Part shown: one piece after another, positions 23,270 through 34,415 of the stretch | Position numbering within the stretch: the stretch's first letter is position 1 | How the letters are laid out: every line of letters starts with the position of its first letter | DNA from: an uncultured Gemmatimonadaceae bacterium | GTDB taxonomy: Bacteria; Gemmatimonadota; Gemmatimonadetes; Gemmatimonadales; Gemmatimonadaceae | NCBI GenBank assembly: GCA_963843845.1 | Contig: CAWJMB010000002.1 | Location: forward strand, 3,264,001-3,328,000 | DNA length: 64,000 bases | Direction of reading: 5' to 3' | The notes under the pieces: generated by a model | Told to the model about the DNA's origin: nothing | What the model saw: the letters and a program-made list of their open reading frames with translations, nothing else | Databases searched by the model: none | Program-made: the position numbers and the translations under genes

Positions 23270-23875
23270 ATGTCCGACGCGCACGCTCCCGCCCCGTCCC
23301 CCGACGGCGCCGCGCCACCGCCGAGCAAGCTCAAGCAGATGCTCCCCGTCGTCCTCGCCCTCGTCGCCGGCCTCGGAGCCGGCGGGGGGACGGGCAAGTT
23401 CGTCGTCGGGCCCGCGCTGGCGAGCGGCATCGCGCCGAGTGGCCGGGGGGCCGGCCACGCCACCGCGTCCGACGCGGACGGCGACGAGGCGGCCGCGGAC
23501 GACGAGGCGAGCGCGGCCGACGAGGAAGGCGGCGACGACCATTCGGGTGGCAAGGATGGTGAGAGCTCCGCGGCCGCCGCGCACACGCTCGACAACATCG
23601 TCCTGAACCCGGCGGAGTCGGGCGGCGGTCGCTTCCTGCTGCTCTCGATCACCTTCCAGAGCCCGGACGCCGCGGTGCTCGACGCGTTGAAGGCGCGCGA
23701 CGCCGAGCTGCGCGACGTGGTGCTCGTGACGTTGGGCGCGAAGACCGTCGAGCAGCTCGCCGACATGCGCACGCGCGAGGGGATCAAGAGCGACCTCGTC
23801 GCCGCGACGCGCAAGCTGCTGCGGAAGAAGAAGGCGAAGCTGCACGTCTTCTTCCCGCAGTTCGTCATTCAGTAG
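23270..23875 (+). CDS. fliL: Flagellar basal body-associated protein FliL
   Basis: Single TM; LDNIVLNPA...RFL; LRDVVL...; VFFPQFVIQ end. Confidence 0.9.
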   Translation: MSDAHAPAPSPDGAAPPPSKLKQMLPVVLALVAGLGAGGGTGKFVVGPALASGIAPSGRGAGHATASDADGDEAAADDEASAADEEGGDDHSGGKDGESSAAAAHTLDNIVLNPAESGGGRFLLLSITFQSPDAAVLDALKARDAELRDVVLVTLGAKTVEQLADMRTREGIKSDLVAATRKLLRKKKAKLHVFFPQFVIQ

Positions 23876-23884
23876 CCGCGATCG

Positions 23885-24856
23885 ATGACGTCCGACGGGC
23901 TCGACGCGCTGCTCGACCACGACGCGCCCCGCGGGGGGAGCGCCGGGGCGACGCTCTACGACTTCCGGCGCCCGCACCGCGTCTCGAAGGAGCGGCTGCG
24001 CACGCTCGAGGCGATGTACGAGCGCATGGTGAAGGCGCTCGAAGGGTGGCTGATCGGCCGCGTGCGCGAGCAGATCGAGATGCGCCTGCAGAGCGTCGAG
24101 CAGTTCAGCTTCGGCGAGTTCACGCTGTCGCTGCCGACGCCGTGCGCCGCGTTCATCTTCGACATCGAGAACACCGGCGGCGCGCAGGGCGTCATCGAGG
24201 TCGGCGCCGAGTTCGCGTTCTTCACGATCGACCGCTTCTTCGGCGGCGGCAGCGCGCCGTCGGTGCCGGACCGATCGCTGTCGCCCGTCGAGCGGATGAC
24301 GGTGCGCACGGTCGCGGAGCGCGTCACGCAGGGACTCGAGGAGATCTGGCAGGACCACGTGCCGATGGAGCTGACGATCACCGGCTTCGAGTCGTCGCCC
24401 GAGATCCTGCAGATCGCGAACCGCGAGGACCCGGTCCTCGTCGCGAACGTCGAGGTCAGCGCCGGCGGGGTGAGCAGCCTGCTCCTCATCTGCCTGCCGT
24501 TCGCCGTGCTCGAGAAGTTCTTCCAGGCCAGCGGTACCAAGCGCGCCGGCAGCGCGACCGGCACCGACGACGAGCGCGCGGACGCGCGGCAGCGCACCGA
24601 GTCGGCGCTGCGCGCCACCCCCGTCGCCATCTCGGCGCGGCTGCCGCAGATCAAGCTGTCGCTCCGCGAGCTCGCGCAGCTCGCCCCCGGCCACCTGCTG
24701 ACGACGAGCATCCCGCGCGACAGCGAGCTCTCGGTGCTCATCGGCGGCCGCCCCCGCTTCCGGGCGAGCGCCGGCCGCGTCGGTCACAAGCTCGCCGTCC
24801 GACTGCTCGACTCGATCGCTCCGCCCGACACTCTCGACACCGCCGAAGGGCACTAG
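23885..24856 (+). CDS. fliM: Flagellar motor switch protein FliM
   Basis: YDFRRPHRVSKERLRTLE; SVEQFSFGEF; C-terminal SpoA domain. Confidence 0.95.
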   Translation: MTSDGLDALLDHDAPRGGSAGATLYDFRRPHRVSKERLRTLEAMYERMVKALEGWLIGRVREQIEMRLQSVEQFSFGEFTLSLPTPCAAFIFDIENTGGAQGVIEVGAEFAFFTIDRFFGGGSAPSVPDRSLSPVERMTVRTVAERVTQGLEEIWQDHVPMELTITGFESSPEILQIANREDPVLVANVEVSAGGVSSLLLICLPFAVLEKFFQASGTKRAGSATGTDDERADARQRTESALRATPVAISARLPQIKLSLRELAQLAPGHLLTTSIPRDSELSVLIGGRPRFRASAGRVGHKLAVRLLDSIAPPDTLDTAEGH

Positions 24857-24869
24857 AGGACACCGACGA

Positions 24870-25259
24870 ATGAATCCCGCCGAGATCGATGCGCTCGTGG
24901 CGAGCGTGCAGGCCGCGAAGGGGCCGCAGCAGCGTGACGACGCCGACGCCTACGCCGGCCAGGACCTGAGCGACCTCGGGAGCGCGCTCGCGCTGCACAG
25001 CGAGGTGCCGTTAGGCATGCTGCTCGACCTGTCGCTCCCCGTCTCGATCGAGCTGGGGCGTACGAGCATGACGGTGCAGGAGATCCTGCGGCTCGGCCGC
25101 GGCGCCGTGATCCAGCTCGACCGGCTCGCCGGCGAGCCGATCGACATCTACGTCGGCGAGCGGAAGTTCGCCGAGGGCGAGGTCGTCGTCGTCGGCGAGC
25201 ACTTCGGGGTGCGCATCAGCCGCATCTTCGGCGCGGCGCCGATCGCGATCGCCGCCTGA
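24870..25259 (+). CDS. fliN: Flagellar motor switch protein FliN
   Basis: LLDLSLPVSIELGRT...AGEPIDI...GEVVVVGEHFGVRI. Confidence 0.95.
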   Translation: MNPAEIDALVASVQAAKGPQQRDDADAYAGQDLSDLGSALALHSEVPLGMLLDLSLPVSIELGRTSMTVQEILRLGRGAVIQLDRLAGEPIDIYVGERKFAEGEVVVVGEHFGVRISRIFGAAPIAIAA

Positions 25260-25301
25260 CGGGCGCCCACCGGTCCGACCGCCTCACGCTCCCGACTCCT
25301 C

Positions 25302-25900
25302 ATGCCGCTCAGTGCCACCTTCGGCGTCTTCGCCGCCCTCGGCGTGGTGCTCGCGCTGCTGCTCGTCGTGCTGCGCGTGCTGAAGCGCTTCTCGCCGACG
25401 TTAGGCGGGTCGCGGAACCGTCTCCCGATGGAAGTCGTGCAGCGCATGCCGTTAGGCCCGAAGCACACGATCGCCGTCGTCCGCGTCGGTGAGCGCGTGC
25501 TGACGGTGGCGGTCGGCGAGCACGGCGTGCAGACGCTCGCCGAGCTCGAGGGACGCGACCGCGACGCGGTGCTCGCGTCGACGACGATGGTCATGCCGGC
25601 GACGACGGTGGCGATCCCGCCCGCGGCGACGACGGCGCAGACGGTGCCGGCGGCGCAGACGGTGCCGGCGGCGCAGACGGTGCCGGCGGCGCTCTCGCGT
25701 GCCGTCTCGGCGCCGGGCGTCGACGCGTTCCGCGCGATGCTGGGCATGGCGCTGTCGTCGGCGACCCGGCTCGCGGTCGTCGCGGTGCTCGCCGGCGCGG
25801 TCGCGCTCTCCTCCGCCTCCGCGCAGCCGGCCTCCGCGCAGCCGGCCTCCGCGCAGCCGGCCTCCGCGCAGCCGGCCTCCGCGCAGCCGGCCTCCGGCGG
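25302..25900 (+). CDS. fliO: FliO domain, probably the N-terminal part of a FliO-FliP fusion
   Basis: TM then MEVVQRMPLGPKHTIAVVRVGERVLTVAVGE; no in-frame stop before the FliP-like signal segment. Confidence 0.8.
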
Positions 25901-25926
25901 TCGCAGCCGGCCTCCGCGCAGCCGGC
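25815..25926 (+). repeat. 15-bp coding tandem repeat (GCCTCCGCGCAGCCG, ASAQP), about 6-7 units, one broken
   Basis: Visible repeat; a TVPAAQ x3 (18-bp) repeat also lies at about 25630-25690. Confidence 0.85.
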
Positions 25927-26737
25927 CCGCTCGACCGTCGGTCGCAACACGCAGGCGCCGACGCTCGCCGGCGGGAGGACGGGCGCCGCGCCGACGGCGC
26001 CGGGGGCGACGGCGCCGGCCCCCGCGGCCGGCACCGATGCCATGGTCGCCCGCCTCGCGCCGCAGCTCGACCTGCGGGTGGGCGGCGGCGGCGGCGACGG
26101 CATCCGGCTGAGCGGGACGGTCGGCATCGTCATCATGATGGGGCTGCTCACCCTGCTCCCGACGCTCGTCCTCATGATGACCGGCTTCACGCGCATCCTC
26201 ATCGTGCTGCACTTCGTGAAGCAGGCGATCGGCACGCAGACGGCGCCGCCGAACCACCTGGTGGCGGGGCTGGCGATGCTGCTGACGGGGTTCGTCATGG
26301 CCCCGACGGTGCGCGCCGCGAACGACGCCGCGATCCAGCCCTGGCTGGCCGGCCGGATGGAGCAGGTCGAGATGCTGAAGACCGGCGTGCAGCCGTTCCG
26401 CGCGTTCATGCTGCAGCAGACGCGGCAGAGCGATCTCAAGACGTTCGTCGACATGAGCCGCCCGGCGGTGCCGCCGAAGAGCGTCGACGACGTGCCGCTC
26501 GTCGTCGTGATGTCGGCGTTCGTGACGAGCGAGCTGCGGACGGCCTTCCAGATCGGCTTCGCGCTCTTCCTGCCGTTCATCATCATCGACCTCGTCGTCT
26601 CGTCGGTGCTCATGAGCATGGGGATGATGATGCTGCCGCCGGCGATGATCGCGCTGCCGTGCAAGCTGCTGCTCTTCGTGCTCGTCGACGGATGGTCGCT
26701 CATCGTGCAGGGGCTGGTGCAGAGCTTCAAGCACTGA
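25901..26737 (+). CDS. fliP: Flagellar export gate protein FliP
   Basis: MTGFTRILIVL, QTAPPN, SELRTAFQIGF and KLLLFVLVDGW; the frame is open upstream of the ATG at 26042. Confidence 0.95.
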   Translation, partial: SQPASAQPARSTVGRNTQAPTLAGGRTGAAPTAPGATAPAPAAGTDAMVARLAPQLDLRVGGGGGDGIRLSGTVGIVIMMGLLTLLPTLVLMMTGFTRILIVLHFVKQAIGTQTAPPNHLVAGLAMLLTGFVMAPTVRAANDAAIQPWLAGRMEQVEMLKTGVQPFRAFMLQQTRQSDLKTFVDMSRPAVPPKSVDDVPLVVVMSAFVTSELRTAFQIGFALFLPFIIIDLVVSSVLMSMGMMMLPPAMIALPCKLLLFVLVDGWSLIVQGLVQSFKH

Positions 26738-26828
26738 GCGCGACGCGGACGGATGGCACCTCGCGCACGGGCTCGGGTATTCACCAGGCTGTGGTCTCGC
26801 TTCTCCCCGTCGCCGCGAACCGACTTCC

Positions 26829-28103
26829 ATGCCGCGTCCCCGCTCGCCGCGTTCTCTCGCGCCCGCGCTCACCGTCGGCGCGATCGCCGCTGCCTCGCTG
26901 CTCGCCGCCTGTAGCGACAAGGATCCGACGTCCCCGGTCGTCACGCCCGGCCCCAGCACCGTGGGGCGCATCACCGTCGCGCAGTACATGGACTCCGCGC
27001 TGACGCTGATGCAGACCTGGTCGATCAAGCAGCAGACCAACTGGACGACGTTCCGCGCGCGCTGGAAGGCGTCGGCGGCGGGGAAGACGACCTACGCGCA
27101 GCTGTACCCGGTCATCGACAGCGCGCTCACGGCACTCGACCCGCACAGCAGCATCTCGCCGCCCGACCAGCTGCCGGGAACGACCGACGCGCCGACGAAC
27201 CGTCCGGATCTCCAGGTCCAGTCGCGCCTCTTCGACTCGGCGTCGACGCGGCGGGTCGGCTACCTCTGGGTCCCCGGCTTCATCGGCACGAACCAGTCGG
27301 GGCGCATCGACACGACGCACGCCGCGCTCCGCGCGCTCGACGCGCAGAACCCGTGCGGATGGATCGTCGACCTCCGCACGAACAACGGCGGCTTCTTCTT
27401 CGCGCTCATGGCGAGCGTCGGGCCGCTCTACTCGAACAACGCGGCCGGCGACGGCCTCGTCGGCGGCCAGCAGTTTCCCGGCAACTACCAGATCCTCTGG
27501 TACTACAAGCAGCGCGGCGCGCGCGACGTGTTCGGCATCCGCGACACGCGCGATTCGGCCGAGCTGGCGGTGAACAATCCGTGGCGGCCGCGGCGCCCCG
27601 GCCTGCCGGTCGCGGTGCTGCACAGCACGGCGCGCAACGCGGCCGGCCAGCTCACCTCGATCACGGCCAGCTCCGGCGAGTCGATCACGCTCGCGTTCCG
27701 CGGCGGCCCGCCGACGCGCTCGTTCGGCAACCCGACCTACGGCGTCGCCAGCGGCCGCGACCCGTTCATGATGCCCGACTCGGCGCGCATCGACATCACG
27801 AGCTCGTACATGTTCGACCGCAACCGCTACATGCCGGGCGACTTCCCGATCCCGCCCGACACGACGATCGCGAGCCCCTCACCGATCCGCATCGGCGACG
27901 CGGCCGACCCGGTCATCGCGGCGGCGACGGCGTGGGTGCAGCGGCAGGCGGCGTGTACGGGAACGGCAGTGCAGACGGACGGGATTCCGGCGCCGAGGAT
28001 GCAGCTCGTCCCGACGGGGACGGCAGGCGAGGGGCCGTCGCGGCTGCCGAGCGTGCGGAGTGTGTATCGGCGGGCCGGACTCGCTCCCGCGGGGCGGGAC
28101 TAG
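26829..28103 (+). CDS. S41 family peptidase, lipoprotein
   Basis: Lipobox LAAC; IVDLRTNNGG and TASSGE motifs; FGNPTYG. Confidence 0.88.
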   Translation: MPRPRSPRSLAPALTVGAIAAASLLAACSDKDPTSPVVTPGPSTVGRITVAQYMDSALTLMQTWSIKQQTNWTTFRARWKASAAGKTTYAQLYPVIDSALTALDPHSSISPPDQLPGTTDAPTNRPDLQVQSRLFDSASTRRVGYLWVPGFIGTNQSGRIDTTHAALRALDAQNPCGWIVDLRTNNGGFFFALMASVGPLYSNNAAGDGLVGGQQFPGNYQILWYYKQRGARDVFGIRDTRDSAELAVNNPWRPRRPGLPVAVLHSTARNAAGQLTSITASSGESITLAFRGGPPTRSFGNPTYGVASGRDPFMMPDSARIDITSSYMFDRNRYMPGDFPIPPDTTIASPSPIRIGDAADPVIAAATAWVQRQAACTGTAVQTDGIPAPRMQLVPTGTAGEGPSRLPSVRSVYRRAGLAPAGRD

Positions 28104-28141
28104 CCTACTCGACGGCGGGGCGACCCGCCGTCGGACGCACC

Positions 28142-28936
28142 TCACAGCCCTTCGGCCAGCGCGAACGCCTCGCACAGGCCGCCAGCGTCGACATCCGCCA
28201 CGACGCGCCACGCCACCGCCCGCGCCTCCGGCTCCGCGTTCCCCATGGCGACCGGATAGCCGACCGCCTGCATCGCCGGTACGTCGTTCCCGCCGTCGCC
28301 GACCATCATCACCCGGCCGAGCGGAACGCCGTACGCCTCGGCCACGAGCCGCACCGCGAGCCCCTTGTCGACCCCCTCGGCGGTGATGTTCACGAACGTC
28401 GTGTCGGGCATCACCGGCGACACGGACGGCGCGTAGTTCAACCCGAAGTGCGGCTCGGCGACCACCAGGTCGACCTCCTCCTTGCCGAGCAGCCACTGCG
28501 CCCGCACGACCGACCCGGCGAGCGCGTCGAACGGGCGCGCCACGAACGGCGCGCCCAACAGCGTGGCGTGCTGCCGCGTGCGCGGCGTGTCCTCGGCGAC
28601 GGCGTACTCGTGGTCCGTGTAGAGCTCGAGGATGCGCCCCGTCTCGCGCGCCCGCGTCGTGAGCCAGTCCACGCGGTCGGGCGGCAGCCCGCGCGAGCGC
28701 GTCGCGCCGGTCGGGAGGTGCACGACGCTCGCGCCGTTCTGGAAGACGTGCCACCCGTCCGGATCGAGTCGCTCCGCGTACTCGCGCGCCTTCGCGAACC
28801 CGGGGCGCCCGGAGCAGAGCACGAGGTGCGCGCCCTGCGCGCGGAGCGCGTCGGCCGCGTCCCAGACCTCGGGACGAACGTCGTTGGTCGTGCCGACGAG
28901 CGTTCCATCGACGTCGACGAAGATCAGTGGAAGCAT
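28142..28936 (-). CDS. Cof-type HAD-IIB hydrolase
   Basis: DVDGTL, SGR, GVDKG, GDGGND and MGNA motifs. Confidence 0.93.
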   Translation of the reverse strand: MLPLIFVDVDGTLVGTTNDVRPEVWDAADALRAQGAHLVLCSGRPGFAKAREYAERLDPDGWHVFQNGASVVHLPTGATRSRGLPPDRVDWLTTRARETGRILELYTDHEYAVAEDTPRTRQHATLLGAPFVARPFDALAGSVVRAQWLLGKEEVDLVVAEPHFGLNYAPSVSPVMPDTTFVNITAEGVDKGLAVRLVAEAYGVPLGRVMMVGDGGNDVPAMQAVGYPVAMGNAEPEARAVAWRVVADVDAGGLCEAFALAEGL

Positions 28937-28938
28937 GA

Positions 28939-29087
28939 CGGCAATTTACGCCGTCCCCGAGCCGGCAGTTCTTTCCCGGCGGCAACCGCGCGGCGAGGTC
29001 CGTCCGCGCGTACGCATAGCCTAAGCCCTTGCGGGGCCTGTGGTTACCACGACAGCGCCGACGCCGGTCCGGTGGCACCGGCCCTGC
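28939..29087 (+). promoter_or_regulatory. Sigma-54 promoter module of fliQR
   Basis: Palindrome 28939-28953 plus degenerate copy 28963-28977; 25-bp element 29022-29046; TGGCACCGGCCCTGC at 29073-29087. Confidence 0.78.
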
Positions 29088-29123
29088 CTTCCCCGGTGGT
29101 GCATCTCCCCTCCCGCCCCGGCC

Positions 29124-29394
29124 GTGTCTCACCAGCTCATCGTCGATCTCGCGCGCAACGCGCTGATGCTCGCCCTCCTCGTCGCCGGCCCGATGCTCGT
29201 CGTCGCGCTCGGCGTCGGGCTCGTCGTCAGCGTCGTGCAGGCGGTGACGCAGATCCAGGAGCAGACGCTCTCGTTCGTGCCGAAGCTCATCGCCGTCGGC
29301 GGCGACGTTCCTGGTCGCGCTGCCGTGGATCCTGCAGCTCCTCATCAAGTACACGACCGAGCTGTTTCGCAGCCTGCCGAGTCTCGCCGCGTAG
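29124..29394 (+). CDS. fliQ: Flagellar export protein FliQ (frameshift near 29300)
   Basis: QAVTQIQEQTLSFVPKL, continuing as ATFLVALPWIL in the shifted frame. Confidence 0.92.
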
Positions 29395-29397
29395 TTC

Positions 29398-30183
29398 GTG
29401 GGACTCGACCTCTTCGCCCCCGGGATCGCCCCGACGCTCGTGCTCCTCGCCCTGCGGATCGGGGGGCTCGTGCTCGTCGCGCCGGTGTTCTCGGCGAAGA
29501 CGGTCCCGGTGCGCGTGCGCACCGCCCTCCTGCTCGTGCTGACGCTGGTGCTCGCGCCGATGGCGACGGCGGCGGCGAGCGGCCGTGCGGCGCCACCCGC
29601 CGTCACCCCCGCGACGTTCCTCACCGAGACGCTCATCGGCTTCGCGATCGGCTTCGGCGCCGCGGTCCTCGTCGGCGCGACGGAGACGGCGGGTGACCTC
29701 ATGTCGACGTCGATCGGCGTGTCCGGCGCCGCGCTGCTCGACCCGCTGAACGGCGCGTCGTCGACGGCGCTCGCACAGTTCGGACAGCTGTTCGCCGTCA
29801 CCGTGCTGCTCGCCGTGAATGGGCACCTCGTCATGCTCGACGCGCTCGCCGCGAGCGTGCAGGCGCTCCCGGTCGGATCGCCGATCGACGTCGAGGCGGG
29901 GCTCCGGACGCTGATCGGTCAGGGCGCCACGCTGTTCGTGCTCGGCCTTCGCTTCGCGGCGCCGGTCATCGCGGTCGGGATGATCGGCAACGTGGCGCTG
30001 GCAGTGCTCGCGCGCGTCGCGCCGCAGCTCAACGTCATCACCGTCGCGTTCCCGCTGCAGATCGCGCTCGGCATCGGCGCCCTCGTCGCGTCGATCGGCT
30101 TCATCGCGACCTGGATGACCGGGTGGGGCACGTCGCTGGCCGCGCAGCTCGAGCAGGTCTTCCGTGCGATGGTCGTGCGATGA
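29398..30183 (+). CDS. fliR: Flagellar export protein FliR
   Basis: LRIGG..APVFS, AGDLM...G, NGH, RVAPQLNV...FP. Confidence 0.94.
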   Translation: MGLDLFAPGIAPTLVLLALRIGGLVLVAPVFSAKTVPVRVRTALLLVLTLVLAPMATAAASGRAAPPAVTPATFLTETLIGFAIGFGAAVLVGATETAGDLMSTSIGVSGAALLDPLNGASSTALAQFGQLFAVTVLLAVNGHLVMLDALAASVQALPVGSPIDVEAGLRTLIGQGATLFVLGLRFAAPVIAVGMIGNVALAVLARVAPQLNVITVAFPLQIALGIGALVASIGFIATWMTGWGTSLAAQLEQVFRAMVVR

Positions 30184-30208
30184 GCCGCGGCGATGACCGA
30201 TTCCGACT

Positions 30209-30332
30209 CGGCACGAATTGCCGGCCGGCACGGAACGCGGCGGCGCGCAGGCCGGTCGCGCGCGGCTAACCTCTTGCACGGCAACGTTTTCGCTCGGCTG
30301 CTGGTGACCCGTCGGTCCGGCACCGGCCCTGC
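30209..30332 (+). promoter_or_regulatory. Sigma-54 promoter module of flhB operon
   Basis: Palindrome 30209-30223 plus degenerate copy 30226-30240; 25-bp element 30267-30291; CGGCACCGGCCCTGC at 30318-30332. Confidence 0.78.
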
Positions 30333-30364
30333 CCTTCCCGTCTCCGCACCTGCCAGCGAACCCC

Positions 30365-31440
30365 ATGGCCGAGTCCGGACAGGAGAAAACTGAAGCCCCC
30401 ACGCAACGCCGCCGCGACGAAGCCGCGCGCGACGGACGCGTGCCGCGCAGCCAGGAGCTGACCGCGGCCGTACTGCTGCTCACGTCCGGCGTCGCACTGA
30501 ACGCCACGGGGCCCGCACTCGCCGCCGCACTCCGCGACATCCTCGGCACGGGGCTCGGCGTCGCCGGGTCCACGACGCTCGAAGGGCCGGCCGCGGTCAC
30601 GCTGATCCAGCAGCTCGGGTGGAAGGCGTTAGGCGCGCTGGGCGCCTTCCTCGCCACGATGGTCGGCGCCTCGATCGCGATCGGCGCGGTGCAGGCGCGC
30701 GGCGTCGTCAGCATGAAGCCGGTCCTGCCGGACGTGAACCGGCTGAACCCGGCGAAGAACGTCGGACGCATCCTCGGCGTGCAGGGCGTCGTCGAGCTCG
30801 CGAAGTCGCTGCTCAAGCTCGCGATCGTCGAGCTGGGCGGTGTGGCGCGCGCTCGAGCCCGCGTGGCCGGCGATCATCGCGTTGGGCCAGCAGCCGCCGC
30901 GCGCCCTGCTCGACGTCGTGCGCACGCTACGGACTCGGCATCCTGCGCAACGCGGGGATGGCCTACCTCGCGCTCGCCGCCGCCGACTACGCGTGGCAGC
31001 TCTGGCAGCACGAGCAGGGGCTGCGCATGACGAAGGAAGAGGTCAAGCAGGAGTCGAAGAACAGCGACGGCGACCCGATGGTGAAGCAGCGCATGCGCGA
31101 GCGTCGCCCGCGCGCGCGCCCGCCAGCAGATGTTCAAGGACGTGCCGAAGGCGGACGTCGTGCTCGTGAACCCCGTGCACATCGCCGTCGCGCTGAAGTA
31201 CGACCCGAGCGTCGCCGCCGCCCCGTACGTCGTCGCCGTGGGCCGGCGCAAGGTCGCCGAGCGCATCAAGGCGCTCGCCTACGAGTCGGGCGTGCCCGTC
31301 GTCGAGAACGTTCCCGCTCGCCCGCGCGCTGATCGCCGCCGTGAAGGTCGGGCACGATGATTCCCACCGAGCTCTATCTCGCCGTGGCCGAAGTCCTCGC
31401 GTTCGTCATGCGGAAGCGTCAGCCGCCGTCGGTCGCGTGA
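30365..31440 (+). CDS. flhB: Flagellar export protein FlhB (multiple frameshifts)
   Basis: EKTEAPTQRR, SQEL, RMTKEEVKQE..DGDP, NPVHIAVALKY and ELYLAVAEVLA spread over several frames. Confidence 0.92.
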
Positions 31441-31449
31441 GGCCGCCGC

Positions 31450-33574
31450 ATGACCGCTCGCCCGCCCCCGCCGTCGAAGGCGCGCGCGCCGAGATCGGGC
31501 ATGGCGGTCGCCGTCGTCGTCGTCGTCGCGCTGCTCGTCGTGCCGCTGCCGGCCGTGCTGCTCGACCTCTGCCTCGCGCTCGTCGATCGGCATGTCGCTC
31601 GTCGTGCTGCTCGTCGCGCTGCACACGACGAGACCCGCTCGAGTTCAGCTCGCTTCCCGGCGCTGCTGCTCATGCATGACGCTGTTCCGCCTCGCGCTGA
31701 ACGTCGTCGAGCACGCGGCTCATCCTGAGCGACGGGCGAGGCGGGCAAGGTCATCGAGGCGTTCGGCAAGTTCGTCATCGGCGGCAACTACGCCGTCGGC
31801 ATCGTCATCTTCCTGATCCTCGATCGGCATCAACTTCATCGTCATCACGAAGGGCGCCGGGCGCGTCGCCGAAGTCGCCGCGCGCTTCACGCTCGACGCG
31901 ATGCCCGGCAAGCAGATGGCGATCGACGCCGACCTCGGCGCCGGCCTCATCGACGAGAAGGAGGCGCGCGCGCGCCGCGAGGAGATCGCGCGGCACGGCC
32001 GACTTCTACGGCGCGATGGACGGCTCGTCGAAGTTCGTGAAGGGCGACGCGATCGCCGGCACTGCTCATCACGGCGATCAACATCGTCGGCGGCATCTTC
32101 ATCGGCGTCATCCAGCGCGGCATGCCGATCGGCGAAGGCGGCGGCGACGTACACGATCCTCACGGTCGGCGACGGGCTCGTGTCGCAGGTGCCGGCGCTC
32201 ATCATCGAGCACCGCGGCCGGCCTCATGGTCACGCGCCGCCGGGCAGGACGAGCCGCATCGGCGACGGTCATCAGCCGGCCAGCTCGGCGCGCACCCGCG
32301 CGCGATGTACATGACGGCCGGCGTGCTCGCGGTCGTTCGCGCTCGTGCCCGGGCCTGCCGATGTTCCCGTTCCTCGCGCTCGCCGCGCGGCGCCGCGCGC
32401 GCTCGGCCGCGCTGTCGCAGCAAGGCCGACGGCGCGCCGCGTCGTCGACGCGCGCAGCCGGTCGAGGTGCCGCCGGTCGAGCCGCCGGCCGCCGCCCGAC
32501 CCGATGAAGGACCTGCTGCAGATCGATCCGATCGAGCTCGAAGTCGGCTACGCGCTGATCCCGCTCGTCGACGAGCGGCAGGGCGGCGACCTGCTCGAGC
32601 GCATCTCGCTGCTCCGCAAGCAGAGCGCGCTGGAGCTGGGCATCCTCATCCCGCCCATCCGCATCCGCGACGACATCCGCCTGCCGAGCAACGAGTACGT
32701 CATCAAGCTGCGCGGCAGCGAGATCGCGCGCGCCGAGGTGATGCCGCGCTTCCTCATGGCGCTCGATACCGGCGGCGTGCGTGCAGGAGATCGACGGCAT
32801 GGACACGATCGACCCGTCGTTCGGCATGCCCGCGAAGTGGATCGCCGTCGACGCGCCGCAGCGGAGGCCGAGTCGTGCGGCTACGTCGTCGTCGAGCCGA
32901 CCACGGTCGTCGCCACGCACCTCATCGAGGTGCTCAAGGCGAACGCCGCCGAGCTGCTCGGCCGCCAGGACGTGCAGGAGATGGTCGAGACGCTCAAGAA
33001 GACGCACCCCGCGCTCGTCGAGGAGGTGATGCCCGGCAAGGTGTCGCTCGGCGTGCTGCACCGCGTGCTGCAGCGCCTGCTGCAGCGAGCGCGTGCCCGA
33101 TCCGCGACCTCGTCACGATCCTCGAGGCGATCGGCGACGCCGCCGAGCAGACGAAGGATCCGGAGCTGCTCATGCGAGCACGCGCGCCGCGCGCTGTCGA
33201 ACGTCATCGCGCGGCTGTACGCCGACGGCGACGGGCGCCGTGCAGCGGCATCACGATCGGGCCGCGAGCTCGAGCAGGCGCTCACCGGCCTGTTCAGCCC
33301 GCGCCAGCAGCACGCGGCGGCGGCGGCGCGCGATGGGCTGCTCACGCCCGACGGCGCTCGCCGGGCTGCTGCGCGACCTCAACCACCTCGCGACCGACGT
33401 CGTCCATCGACGGCCGCCCGCTGCCGCTCATCACGCCGCCGAGCCTGCGCATCGGCGTGCGCCGCCTGATCGAGCCCGTGCTGCCCGCGCTCCCCGTCGT
33501 CTCGCTCGCCGAGCTGCCGCCGAGCGTCACGCTGCAGAGCGCCGGGCATCTGGGAGATGGCGTATGCGTCGTGA
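31450..33574 (+). CDS. flhA: Flagellar export protein FlhA (many frameshifts)
   Basis: [79 protein letters not shown]. Confidence 0.93.
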
Positions 33575-34415
33575 CATCCCCCGCCGCCGCTTCCGCGGCC
33601 GCGAGCTCTCCGTCGTCGCCACCGAGGCGCGCCGCGTGCTCGGCGACGACGCGGTGGTGCTGGGCACGACGCGGACGCCGAACGCGAGCGCAGGTCGAGA
33701 TCGTCGCGGCCGCGGCGCGGCGACGTGGCGCGGTTCGAGGGACGGATCACGCCGAGATCGGCGAGCGGGGATCGGGGAGCGGGGAGCGCGGAGCTCGCCG
33801 AGCGACCCTCGTTCCCCGCTCCCCGATCCCCGGCCGTGGACGTGGCGCTGGTCGGCCCGACGGGCGCCGGCAAGACGACCACGGCGATCAAGCTGGCCGT
33901 GCACGCCGACGCGTTCGCCGGCCGCAGGGTCGGCCTCGTCACCCTCGACACGTACCGCGCCGGCGCCGTCGCGCAGCTCGAGACTACGCGCGCGTGGCCG
34001 GGCTGCCCATGGAAGTCGTGTACGACGCGAGCGACGTCGCGCCCGCCGTGCAGCGCCTCGCCGACTGCGACGTCGTCATCGTCGACACGCCGGGCCGGGC
34101 CCGGGCCGAGTCGTGCGAGCGAGTGGCGCGCGCTGCTCGACGCGATCGCGCCCGACGAGACGCATCTCGTGATCCCCGCGACGCTGCGCCCCGACGTCGC
34201 CGACGCCGTGCGCGACGCGGTGCCGAACGCCTCGCACGCGCTGCTCACGAAGCTCGACGAAGTGCCGAGCGAGCGCCGGCGTCGCGGACCTCGCGGCGCG
34301 GCTCGACCTGCCGGTGCGGTGGGTCGCCGACGGGCAGCAGATCCCGACCGACCTCGCGGCCGGTGTGCCGCGCCTCATGCAGTCGCTCGCCGCCGGTCCG
34401 GAGTCGTGGGCGTGA
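33564..34415 (+). CDS. flhF: SRP-like GTPase FlhF, short form (frameshifts)
   Basis: N-terminal ..LGDDAVVL; GPTGAGKTTT, DTYRAGA, DTPG, TKLDE, GQQIP. Confidence 0.88.

Noticed and set aside
12329..33574. Non-flagellar type III secretion system
   Set aside because: Rod, hook, ring, switch and stator genes are all present and no secretin was seen, so this is a flagellum.
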